The notes under the pieces are model-generated. The model was given only the letters and a program-made list of their open reading frames with translations. It was not told the origin of the DNA and searched no databases. DNA of 53,104 nucleotides, the filler included, from Catajapyx aquilonaris (Eukaryota), in assembly GCA_000934665.2 (NCBI GenBank). It is 3 parts of 3 records of this genome, joined end to end, with 100 filler letters (N's around TTAATTAATTAA, not from the genome) between each part and the next. Parts side by side here need not be neighbours in the genome. Positions count along the whole stretch, not along the records: positions 1 to 17,595 come from JYFJ02006904.1; 2 more parts are not named here. One strand, 5' to 3'. Shown piece by piece: positions 1-10,696 of this stretch (the stretch's first letter is position 1; the number at the start of each line of letters is the position of its first letter). The position numbers were made by a program, and so were the translations under genes.

Positions 1-95
1 TGCTCTAATGAGTGTCACTACCTTCAGGTGGAAGGACATCATTATCAGCCCACGCCATCTACCTTAGGCTCATAACTTATTGGACGACCCTCGTA
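1..95 (-). mobile_element. Possible end of a mariner-like element running off the left edge
   Basis: Minus strand reads TA-CGAGGGTCGTCCAATAAGTT, resembling mariner-type termini; the other end is not visible. Confidence 0.3.
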
Positions 96-249
96 CATCG
101 AAAGCCTCAATAGCGGATAATATGCATGTTCCCCCCGTCTATTAGATTAATTGCTAAGGCCTGTACAGAATTGATTTGTTTATTAATGTATAGTGAAGTG
201 AACAGTGTGTCTTCTAATGCAATAACTACTTGTATAATAAATTTATTAT

Positions 250-647
250 TGTCATTGTCGTAATATTATCCTGTGAGTTTCTCCTTCTTGCAGTCGCTTT
301 TCTTGTCCACAGCAATGCCCTCAACGTCCGTCTCTCCTGGCTTGTGTTCGAAGCTTCTTTTATTGAAAATAGTAAAACTTTCTTTTACTTATAAACTCCC
401 TGTGTAATTCAAAAATATATTCTTCCCATTTTCATCACATGTCCGGGCTATTTACTCATAGAAATGCTTTACTTGAAGTGCAATAGATGCATGCAGGTGT
501 GAAGTGACCAGGACAATAGATTGCACTGTTTTTCATACAAGAGTCTACAACATCATTTTCTGTCACAGGATGTAATAATGTGATCAACCTCCTACCAGCA
601 AGGGCAGATGGTAGCAGGAATAGCAGAAGGAGCTTCAGATGCGACAT
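250..647 (-). pseudogene. Decayed 5' part of a tandem paralog of the serine protease homolog at 1176-5136
   Basis: Exon 596..647 encodes MSHLKLLLLFLLPSALA with a phase-1 donor G|gtagga (the intact copy has MLTLKLLLLFLLLSPTFA, G|gtaaga). Intron sequence is homologous. The exon-2-like segment (~250-360, ETDVEGIAVDKKSDCKKEKLTG*) has an in-frame TAA at 268-266 and a degraded acceptor. Confidence 0.6.
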
Positions 648-1175
648 TGTGACCTGAATAAGCCTTGAAGAGCAGCCTTAGGCTATCTTCAAGGCTTTTA
701 CAGCTTTTAACAATGTACAGTATATTGTGTGCATTAACCGGCATTAACACTTATCTCATAGGCCATTTTCCATGGTATATTTTTAAATCAGGAACTGTTA
801 CCCCAGCATCAACAAATTCTTTGCTCACAAATGCATAATCTGTGTTGTGGCAACATAACTTAATTATTTGAGTTAACAGTCTCAGAAAAACACATTGCCT
901 TGCTAAAACAGTAAATGTAAAAAAGTTGGCGAATAATAATTCTTTTTCCAACGTCAGTTTTGGCATTTATTGGACCAAAGCATTATTTTCATTCTGTTAT
1001 TTATTACTCTACATTTATTGCAGTTTTGTAGGATTTCAAAGCCTTGATGTCTGCGTGATTCAGCAGGACTTGCTATCTTCAGCACATCTGATTATTAATA
1101 TTTACGCCTCCTTACAAGACTTTGATCTGTCTACAGTAATATACACTACAACGTTCTACTCCTCCTTTTTTACAG

Positions 1176-4100
1176 TTAATTGCTAGTGTCTATGCCTTTT
1201 GGATGATTAAACTCTCCCAACCAGCCCCCTTCTAGAGCATCCGGCACGTAGGGGATGATCCAATCCCAGTAGATCGCGACTTTTGTGAATATGGCTATGG
1301 CCGTGTATGGCCAAGTTTGTGGCGAACAAACGCTCCCAGCAGAAGCCAATCCATACACAGCCTGTGTGGAAATGGCTGCGGATATCAGAGGTGCTCCCGA
1401 ATCACCCTGTTCGAAACAAAACCATAATAATCAAATGCTGTGACAACAACAACAACAACAACATCACGACATTTCCCTATGAGAAATGTCGTGATGTTGT
1501 TGTTGTTGTTGTTGTCAGTTTCTCTCCTAGATTCTGGGAATGTTCGAAGTTTGGGGGTAGGTGGGGTGGGTAGTAAGAAATGCTGTGACAATTTATATAA
1601 TTATCTTCTCCAGAAACATACGGGAAACAGCTGATCAAAAAAGTGATATCTCATCATGACAGCACTGACTTAGCTTATATGAAATTATGCACAGAATTCA
1701 ATGTTTCAGTTAAAGTATTCTTCACTTTAAAAGGCACACATGTTTGGGGAAAAAAGGAGAACATAATTAAGGCGGTGTGAATGACATAGGAATGTTTGTG
1801 GAGAAACTTGTGCAAATATATACGTATATGTGTGTGCAGGGTGTAGGCTGTAATTTGGGACAAACTTCTAGGGACTTTTAGACAAGTATATTTCGTGTCC
1901 GAAAACGCCATCTAGAGGGGGTTAATAGATGAGGAACGGGTGCGCTCAGACGCGTCACGCGAGAGGCGCTAGGCGAGCGGACTGTTTTGTTGATATATGG
2001 CGCGCAGTTGTTGCCAGGATATGGCGTATCGCTTCAGTAAACAACGACGCCATACTCCATAACCTGGAAACAACAGAACCGTTATTTACTCTCCGCGTGT
2101 CTCCTAGGAGGCGGACTTTAGTTGCTAGATGGCTCTGTTGTTGCCAGGTTATGGCGTATCGCTCGTAGTTTACTTACAACGACGCGATACGTCATATCTT
2201 GGCAACAACTGCGCGCCATATATCAACAAAACAGCCTGCTCGCCTAGCACCTCTCGCGTGACGCGTCTGAGCGCACCCGTTCCTTGTCTATGAACCCCCT
2301 CTAGATGGCGTTTCCGGACACGGGTTCCTATATGTCAAAAATACTTGTCTTGGTCCCCTCTATTACCCCTAGAACTCTGTCCCAAATTACAGCTTACACC
2401 CTGTATACGTATAGTATGTGTGATCTGCTTTAAATTCATATTTTATATTCCATATTTAAAATGGCAAAGCAATCCTCATGAAGCCCAATAAATCAACCCA
2501 AACCGTGGGGCTGTCATTGCTTTAAGACTGCAATAGTACTACAGTATTATTGGCAACGTCCAATGCAACACTGAAAGTAAATCAACCGTCAAAAGATTAG
2601 CTTTTACTTACGTGGCAGACTGTATGAGTCTTTTTATTCTCATCGTATGCCAGTACGAAAGGCGCACCTTTATCCGTCACAACATTGCTTTTAGGAGCAA
2701 TGGGGCTGTACGCGACTTGCTTCATATAGGGGTACATTTGGCGGAAGGGTCCATTTATTTTGTCCTAAAATGAGGAAGGAAAATTTGCCAGGCAGTCGCC
2801 TTGCTTACTCACAGCCAACCTGATAGACAATCATATGAGGTACGCCTATTAGTGTGGCGCAAACGGACATGGGGGCAAATAATGGACCCTTGTTACTTTG
2901 TTAGGGTAAATACAGTGCCGCCTGCAGGCAAATAGCATGAAGCGGTTATAATTAGCCTACTATATTTCCTGTCAGGATCGAAGACTTGGACTGCAAGGAA
3001 GATTGAATGTTTCGCCTCGCACTTCAGAAACATCAAAATAAAACGTCCTGCGTAGCTGACTCGACAAAATGTGTAGGGCCTAAAATGCTTCCCCGTATAC
3101 TTTCCCGTATCTTTTCTACCTGTGTAGGCGTACCTGCATACAAGGTGAGGAAACTTAGCTTGCCCTCTCTTTGGGGAATGCTAGAGGGGTTGTAGGCGAT
3201 CATTTTAAGTGTAGGTAATCGTGGGTATCCGAAGTATAGTTAGCCTACTGAGATAATTATCATAAAATAAAAAGAGAATTTTAGCTTATCTTCTATGCCG
3301 CGGATACAGATTACGACACTTACATCGCCTAAGCCATTTCCTGCTACACCTAATGGGATCGTAACTTAAAATTAAATTGCGTGGTAATACCTCATAATAC
3401 CTGCCGGGATATTTTATACCTTGGATTTGAAACCAATTTTCTCAGCAACTGCGCGGTGGAAATATGATGTACTGTGACGCGGCTCCAGTGTGCGGTATGC
3501 AGCAGTCATGTTACACTCACTACACAGTGCAAGACAGTACAACTGATGCGTAATAAAAAGTAAATACGTAAGTGCTGGAAAGGGGAAGGTACGGGGAAGC
3601 ATTTTAGGCCCTACACATTTTGTCGAGTCAGCTACGCAGGACGGCATTATTTTTGATGTTTCTGAAGTGCGAGGCGAAACATTCAAATTGGGCGATCATT
3701 TTCATGGCCCCCTTGACCTGAAGGTGGCATGTTGACTGTTGACACTCGTCGCCATTAAATCCCAGGTTCTGATGAGGAAAATGGCTCTTTTTTCATGGCT
3801 AAATAATGTAGTATTAGGTGTCCGTTTGCCCGGCCATCAGGGTGTGGCAAATTGACAGGCGCGCATTGTTTCAGAAAAAAAATATTTATGCTGCTTTTAA
3901 CAACAACTAACACCAGTGTAACAGCCAAGTATAGGGATATATACTGCACATTCTAAGGTAACTACGACCGTCACGAACAACAGTCCAATTGCGCAAAACT
4001 ATGGCCACAGGAGCAAGAAAAAATCGTCCCTTTATAGGTGTCCGTTTGCTCCAGACTTACCTGCTCGATCTGCCAATCCCCTGTCAAGCCCCATCCATAA

Positions 4101-5136
4101 GCGACAAGTTTGTCTGTTTCATCCGGTCCATTTCTCCATGGATACTGCAGTCTAGCTTTAGGTATGTCGAAAAATCCCTTTCTTGTCTGTTAAAGTAAAT
4201 ACACAAATAAATGTTTAAAAATAATGAAAATGACTGTTATTATGTCACAAATATGCTTTTGTCCGAAGCGCATATTTTGTTTACTAGATAATCACGAAAG
4301 TTCTCCACGACATACCTGAATGAGTCCGATGTCATAAAGGTTGTGTTTCGATTTAATACCCCCGACTATGCCTTCGTCAATCTTGAATCTTGGATGAGGG
4401 ATAAGGTACCTGGCTGACGATCCGTCATAGTCGCCATGTATCTGGTCCTTGTAATACCTACCGAAACTGACGAATATCATCTTGGGATCTCGGCTGCAAT
4501 GTTAAAGACGTGGGGGACGTCAGATGCATACCGTATATATTTAATGGAGTGACTTACTTGTAGATGCACTGGGCTACGGTCAGCGTCCAAAAATTCGAGA
4601 TCAGCACTCCCATGCACCAGTATCTGAACCCGTTGTAGATGGTAGCCTATAGAAATTGAGAGCAAAACACCGTTTGCTTATTAATTTCTTTTCGGTACAA
4701 AGCACCATGGTCCAACTCAGAATCGACCATTACAATGTATTGAGGAGGTAAAGTTGAATCATCGAAATCATCTCCTGTCAGTTTCCCAATCTTATCGCCA
4801 CCTTTCTTAAGTGGAGGAAGGACCTCAACGTCCGAAGCTTCTTCCGATTCTTCTGATTCTGTAATAAAATAAGGCACCTCTCTTTTAAATAATCCTTGCT
4901 CAGTAAAATTCATCTCGTGTTTTTCACATTTTCCGGGACATTTATTTCTAGAAATGCTTTACGTTAACTAGGTAATTGCAACCGTGACTATATAGAGAGC
5001 GAAAAATTGCAATGCTTTACACTAAGGTCTTCAACCTATAATTAACTATCTCAGGATGTATTAATGTGATCAATTTCTTACCGGCAAAAGTGGGTGAAAG
5101 CAGCAGGAATAGCAGAAGGAGCTTCAGAGTCAACAT
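1176..5136 (-). CDS. Secreted trypsin-fold (S1A) serine protease homolog, 318 aa, 7 exons: 5082-5136, 4734-4858, 4558-4646, 4316-4493, 4061-4186, 2612-2764, 1176-1406
   Basis: All introns are GT-AG with matching phases (957 nt total). Signal peptide present. Motifs PQYIATI, WCMGVLISNFWTLTVAQC (TAAHC position, His->Gln), HPRF...DIGLI, VAYGWG, VCH|GDSGAP, GLASAGSVC and IFTKVAIYWDWI. Confidence 0.9.
1433..1591. repeat. ~76-bp palindrome with (CAA)n/(TTG)n arms inside an insert flanked by a 14-bp direct repeat
   Basis: TGAC(AAC)nATCACGACATTTC..GAAATGTCGTGAT(GTT)nGTCA at 1441-1517; AAATGCTGTGACAA at 1433-1446 and 1578-1591. Confidence 0.7.
1837..2403. mobile_element. Tc1/mariner-type MITE with long inverted arms, in the last intron of the protease homolog
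   Basis: CAGGGTGTAGGCTGTAATTTGGGACA...TGTCCCAAATTACAGCTTACACCCTG-TA; about 200 bp of imperfect inverted symmetry. Confidence 0.8.
3003..3686. mobile_element. Non-autonomous DNA element with ~95-bp terminal inverted repeats (intronic)
   Basis: 3003-3100 is the reverse complement of 3589-3686; this explains the duplicated CVADSTKCVGPKMLPR ORF text on opposite strands. Confidence 0.75.
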
Positions 5137-5176
5137 TTTTCACTCGGATAAGCCTCGAATGAGTGTAACAGAGCCC

Positions 5177-5184
5177 TTTTTATA
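5177..5184 (-). promoter_or_regulatory. TATA box of the serine protease homolog gene
   Basis: TATAAAAA on the minus strand about 40 nt upstream of the ATG at 5136. Confidence 0.5.
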
Positions 5185-6207
5185 TGAATATTATCTCCAC
5201 ACACAGTAGCTTGCACAACCCCGATAAAATAGCCACATTATTATATGAAATTGCCAGATTAGAATGACAAATGAATGAGAATGCTGCTGAAGTGTGTAAT
5301 TTATATCCTTGAACTATACTTACAACACTGTACAATGTGTGTAATAACAATTATCCTTGCTTTAGAGTATGAGCACAGTGGGGGCCTACACGTATAGGCT
5401 AAAGCTAAACTACAGTATAGGCCTATAATTAATCAAGAAGTCACACATATTCCAGGGAGGAGTAATATTTTTTGTCGTCAATAGGTCTAGTGTATTTCAT
5501 AGACCAATCCAATATATAGGCCTGCTATTATTCAAACTTTTATTTACGGTAGTAGTTAAGCTACATGCCACCTGGTCCATTTCCTATAAGTGCAGGATGT
5601 GTAAAATGTAGGTTTTATAGTGCCTATAAAATCGCCTATGTCGTGGTTTTGAGAACTATTTTGCCTATTCTGCCTTTTTGCGACTTTTCGTGCCTGTTTG
5701 GCCTTTCTTGGGATAGCTTTTAATTTTCTGGAACATTATCCTCTATATTATATACCCGCAAAAGTAAAATAATTTCTGTGCCTATTTCAGGGTTTTTTGT
5801 GCCTAAAAATCCGGACTCGACCCATTACGCATGCAACACTATGGATAATAATGTTTACGTAGCCAGATGAATAAGTTAATTCCATAGAAAATTACATGCC
5901 GGTAAACAAACTATACTCTCTTGATACCTAAAATGTTGTGGACATTGCTAATTATTTTTAAATAGGTCCTATGAAATGTCTATTTTGGGTTGGTACTTCC
6001 TGACCTGGCAACCACTAGTTTTTCACAACTCCTGCGCCCGTACAAGCTGTCCATGAAACATTTTAAATTCATGTTGGGCCACTTCCTCCTACAAACATAG
6101 ACCCAATGGCACTATTTAATATCGCTGCAAACCCAAACTTTATTTTCACATGATCAGCTGGACAGACCTGTACAATCAATTAAACAAATAACCAAGTCCT
6201 TGCACCC

Positions 6208-6686
6208 TCAGAAAGGTGCCTCCTTCATCAACTTGTGACGCTTAGGCCTGGGTTCTTCTGGCGACACCTCATCCTCGGTGTCCTTCATGACCTGGTGCTG
6301 CTCCACCATGTCTGTTGTCTGGAACCGACTCACCTTGACCTCCGTCATTTCATCTTCTTCCTTCTGTTCCCAAGTGTGGTCGTCACTTATTAATTCTGCT
6401 CTTTTGGCTTCCACCATCAGGTCGTAGATCTTTGGTCGCCAATTCTGACTGTCAGGGTCTGGATCCTCTATGATCACCTCAGCCTTGTCGTACACGCAGC
6501 GGGCCCTCATCTTCAGACTCAATCTCACGTTGGCGCCCATCGTTTCCATGGGCTTCCTTCTGTCCCAGGCGAAGGACCGACATTGGGCTGACATGGCCGG
6601 AACCATCTTGTTACAGTTCCGACGAAGGTGCAGCTTCCCATCGGTCTTTGTCATCTCCTCCACTGGGTTTAGGATGGATTGTGGAG
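6208..6686 (-). CDS. Orphan coding exon or single-exon gene of unknown function (~150 aa)
   Basis: Open for 151 codons and GC-rich against AT-rich flanks. Acidic C-terminal region ending in an NLS-like PRPKRHK. In-frame acceptors ttacag|6686 and cccag|6662, or an ATG at 6654. No family recognised. Confidence 0.55.
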
Positions 6687-7022
6687 CTGTAACTATCGCT
6701 TGTCACTCCAAATTATCTATCTAATCTAATTACTAACATACCCATAATTGATCATGTAAGAAGTACGGTATTATTTAAAAGTATTTTGAGCTCGTATTAA
6801 CTTCTTACTGTAATTAGTGCAATGTGCCTTCCAGTCAGCTGAATCTGCCACTTATAATGACCGAGGTAGTTGAACTGAAAACTTGACTGAACGGCAGGCT
6901 TTTCCCAAAATCTCAGAACAGACTCATGCTAAATGGCGAACACTATCAACATGGTGCTTCTATGGAGATCCCCAACAATTTATTGTTAAAATGAACGAGG
7001 TGAACATTTATTGCAAGTTTAT

Positions 7023-7401
7023 TCAGCAACACTGCACATTCATATTGCGGACACACGACACTGGTTGCACTCTCCGTTGCGTTGGAATAAACCTGTCCCT
7101 TTTGGCATTTGGCAGAAAAATTGAGGTTCCTATTATTATAACAGTACAATATGCGAAAAGAAGTTTTGGGCAAACGTGGCTCTGTGCAACAATCGTCACC
7201 CTAGGAGTATGAAAGTTTTAATATTTTTTTCGCTAATTTGCACATAGACTAATCGCCATGGATGTCCTTGTCCGAAACTTTTCTTTGGATTTGCAGTACG
7301 TACCAGGTTGGTTGGTTGGCACCTTGCGATGCTGCATATTATCCGAATAGAAGAAGTAACATGGCCAGGAATATGCTGAGCATCGACAGCCAGAATGGCA
7401 T
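7023..7401 (-). pseudogene. Possible decayed secreted Cys-rich gene (peritrophin-A-like spacing)
   Basis: Signal-like MPFWLSMLSIFLAMLLLL followed by a stop or frameshift; donor CTG|gtacgt; acceptor ctcctag|GDDCCTEPR...YC...KCQKGQVY, with CVRNMNVQCC* plus AATAAA in another frame. Confidence 0.3.
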
Positions 7402-7755
7402 TTATCTGACCTCACTTGTCTACAGCTTCGCTTTTCCGCAAATCTTAGTGCTCTCATTGTGCCGGGTCTGTTATTTGTGGACATGTGATGCCTTATCTTA
7501 ATTACACTTCCAAGTGATAGAAAGTATCAATATTGTTACTGACGTGCGTGCTGGTATGATAATGGCACACAATGCTTCTTGAATATGTGCGCGGCCCACA
7601 CTATTATCTTCAAAGGACGCAATATGTTGAAGGGGAGACACTTGAGCAAACCGAAACTGGAAAAGCATATCTGTAAAAAAATGAATAGCAGATATTTCCG
7701 TGACACTTATTTATTCCACATGGCGTTCATGACACTCTATGCCTATGTTCCCTCG

Positions 7756-8558
7756 TTAACATTGGTCATAATAGCTGCATCCCGCGATGGGCCTGCACCT
7801 GCCACGCGCCATTTCGCAGCATTGTGGGCACCAATGAGCCCCATGAAGGTAATTTCCGCCAAAAAAGGGCGACATCCAACCTGGGATGCCGAACCATGGA
7901 TTGAAAGGCGGCCCTGGGATGTGTGAAAATAAGATATTATTCATATTATACAATACACCTTAATTCATTGCCGAAGAACAAATCTTTAGAAACTTTAGAG
8001 AGAATACTGTAGTTGAATCTGAGTTGAATCCGGATATAACATACTCGAAAGGCCAATCCAGGCATGGCTTGTGCATTCGGCTATAACAAACCTTGGTTAT
8101 AACAGACTGACTTCCGGGGTCCCTTGAAGTCTGTTATATCCGGATTCAACTGTATTTTGAGATGGATGAACTTAAAATGTAACAGGCATGTTACATTTTA
8201 AATTCATTCGCATAAGATAGGCCTGCCTATCTTATGCTTTTTTTACAAGGCCTTTTTAGCATAAATGATTAAGGGGCCGGATACATTAATCCAGATTACA
8301 GATAACTTTATTGTTATAAGTAACGTGCAAAATCTGTTAGTCATCCATAATTAATGATATTGGACCTAAAAAGTTCAGTTTGTCCTGCCACTATCATGGA
8401 CATATAATGTGATGGGCTATACTACTTACCAGCTGCAGGTATATTATGGTCGTAAAATGACGGAAAGAAGAGTTACCTGCCCACTGAGGTACAGCAGTCG
8501 AGAATCCGCAAAAGGCAATCAGAATGGTCAGTGCGCAGAAAAACAATGCGGATTTCAT
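7756..8558 (-). CDS. Secreted 6-Cys peptide precursor A, 79 aa, exons 8477-8558 and 7756-7913: MKSALFFCALTILIAFCGFSTAVPQWAGPPFNPWFGIPGWMSPFFGGNYLHGAHWCPQCCEMARGRCRPIAGCSYYDQC
   Basis: Signal-peptide exon, phase-1 donor G|gtaact, acceptor atcccag|GG in matching phase, downstream AATAAA; structure conserved in paralog B. Confidence 0.85.
8010..8154. mobile_element. Small MITE in the intron of peptide gene A
   Basis: AGTTGAATCCGGATATAACA...TGTTATATCCGGATTCAACTG-TA inverted termini; absent from paralog B. Confidence 0.65.
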
Positions 8559-9388
8559 TTCTGCAAATTACTTGATAGGTCTTTTTTAGAGCAGACCTGA
8601 GTCGGTTGTGTGCCGTCCAGCTGCTCTTGGTAAATCACACGTAGACCAGTGATACCTGCCTGTATATGCGTTGCTTCTATATCATTTGTATGACGCATTG
8701 TTCGGTTAGAAACATTCCAGTCGCGAATAATATTGATTCCGTCTACGTTTGCTCCTTATGTTGATGCGATATATTGTGATCAGGCGCAGCTTTTCTTCGG
8801 AGATATATTGAAACAATGGTGCCGATCTAACTAGCGTTGGAGTTGGCCATGCAACATTGCTCGAACGAGTGTAAAAACTTTTGAGCCGTATTGTAGCTCC
8901 TTAATTGGAGAGAACTCATATTCGATTGCTGTAGCGTATAGTAATTATCAGTTGAACCAAGTAATTGATATGGGCTATGTACCTGTTGATGATGCAAGTT
9001 TGTGGTCTTATAATATTTCAATAATATTTTGAATGATATATTTATTTATCTTTATTGGCTCTTAATGTCACCCGGCAGCCCACATTATAGGCTATACAGT
9101 ATATAACTCTGCAATTGCACTCTCTATGGCTTTGTGTATGACGCATTGTTCAGTTCAAACTGTTAAGTGTATAGACTGTTACTATTGGTACTTATTCTAC
9201 CTTCTGATACTTTGTCAGAAACTGAGCTTGACTTCGGGTCTAAAAATGACTAAACTCCTCTTTCAATAAAGGTACGAGTTGGAAAGACTGCTATTTTATT
9301 TCATTTTATTTATTTTATTGTACAACACTTTATTAGCCCAAGGTGCTTGTTACAGCATGTTTGCGAATTCCTTTGGGTTTGCTGATCT

Positions 9389-9635
9389 CTACCCTTCCAA
9401 CCTGTCATCTCCCAAGCCTGTGTGGTCAGGTGGGAAGAAAGGTGGTGGAAAATAAGGTGGTCGTTGCAGGTCTGAAATTTCAATCATCAAGAAAGGCAGA
9501 ATAAGACTCCATATTATAGATAGAATGACCCATGATCTTTCGGAAAACAGTCTTACTTTCTGACGCAGCAGCCAACGAGAGTCCGGCAAAGACACAGTAC
9601 GTTACCAGCCCGGATGTCGTTAATGCTGATTTCAT
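9389..9635 (-). CDS. Secreted proline-rich peptide precursor C, 53 aa, exons 9557-9635 and 9389-9471: MKSALTTSGLVTYCVFAGLSLAAASENLQRPPYFPPPFFPPDHTGLGDDRLEG
   Basis: MKSAL start shared with A/B; phase-1 donor A|gtaaga; 85-nt intron ending atttcag|AC; C-terminal Gly before the stop; AATAAA downstream. Confidence 0.75.
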
Positions 9636-9913
9636 TATTAGGAAGGCAAGAAAGTGGCTAAGGAACTCGATGGTTGCGTCGAAAATGCGATGCTCTTGGT
9701 GCCTCGCACGTCCTCCGATGACTGCTCTATTTTTATCTTGTATAGAATGTAGATGATGCATTGTTCAGTTAAATCGGTTGCCCCATTTTTTTACTGTAAC
9801 GAAAATGTGTTCTGTAAAAGCAAGCGTGTTCATTTAAAAATGAATAGCAGATTTTTCCTTGACCCTTTTTATTCCACATGGCTTTCATTACACTGTATAC
9901 TGATGTTCCCTTG

Positions 9914-10696
9914 TTAACATTGGTCATAATAGCCGCATCCCGCGATGGCTCTGCACCTCCCACGCGCCATTTGACAGCATGGTGGGCAGCTAGGATATAT
10001 TCTACCAGAGAGCGACCAACCTGGGTAGTAGTTCCATGCACCGAAAGGCGGCCCTGGGATATGTGAAAATTAGAAATAATTAATATCATCAAATACATCT
10101 TAATTCATTGCTGAAGAACAAATCTTTAGAAACTTATAAAACTGCTCTGTCCGTCTGCCCTTTCGTCCTGGACAGCTATCAGGGCCTAGACCGCAAGAGA
10201 TATCGACAAACGGTTATCGGAATCGGATTCAGCGTGGCAAAACTTGGTTTCATGGTCAACTTCCTGTCACCGGCCACTTCCAATTTTCCGCCAAGGTTAA
10301 GTCTACACGAGAAATGAGACTGACTACATTCTATGTCATTGTTGTCCTATTTGAATTTCCTCTGAAATGAGAAAAAGCCTACTCGAATCACACTCGCGTG
10401 ATTTGTCAATCTTGTTATAACAAGAAAGAAACATTGAAAGCTCTATTATTATAATTGAAAAAATATTATATCATGCAAAATCTGTTAGTCATCCATAATT
10501 ATGATATTGGACCTAAAAAGTTCAGTTTGTCCTGTCACTGTCATGCACGTGATAGGATACTACTTATCAGCTGCAGGTATATTATGGTCGTAAAATGACG
10601 GAAAGAGGAGTTACCTGCCCACTGAGGCACAGCAGTCGAGAATCCGCAAAACGCAATCAGAATGGTCAGTGCGCAGAAAAACAACGCGGATTTCAT
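9914..10696 (-). CDS. Secreted 6-Cys peptide precursor B, 73 aa, exons 10615-10696 and 9914-10053: MKSALFFCALTILIAFCGFSTAVPQWAGPPFGAWNYYPGWSLSGRIYPSCPPCCQMARGRCRAIAGCGYYDQC
   Basis: Same splice sites and phase as A; frame-preserving indels in exon 2; Cys framework conserved. Confidence 0.85.
10132..10310. mobile_element. Helentron/DINE-1-like repeat fragment in the intron of gene B
   Basis: CTTATA...CTCTGTCCGTCTG...GGACAG.TATCAG motif related to the repeat at 51260-51630; absent from paralog A. Confidence 0.4.

Noticed and set aside
4361..4372. IVGG inside the SPH as a zymogen activation site
   Set aside because: It lies between the His- and Asp-motif regions, not at the domain N-terminus; probably coincidental.
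8430..8432. Apparent 3-nt microexon (cag|CTG|gtaagt) in the gene A intron
   Set aside because: The upstream intron would be only ~44 nt and the donor is absent in paralog B (ctgataagt); the direct exon 1-exon 2 join is already in phase.
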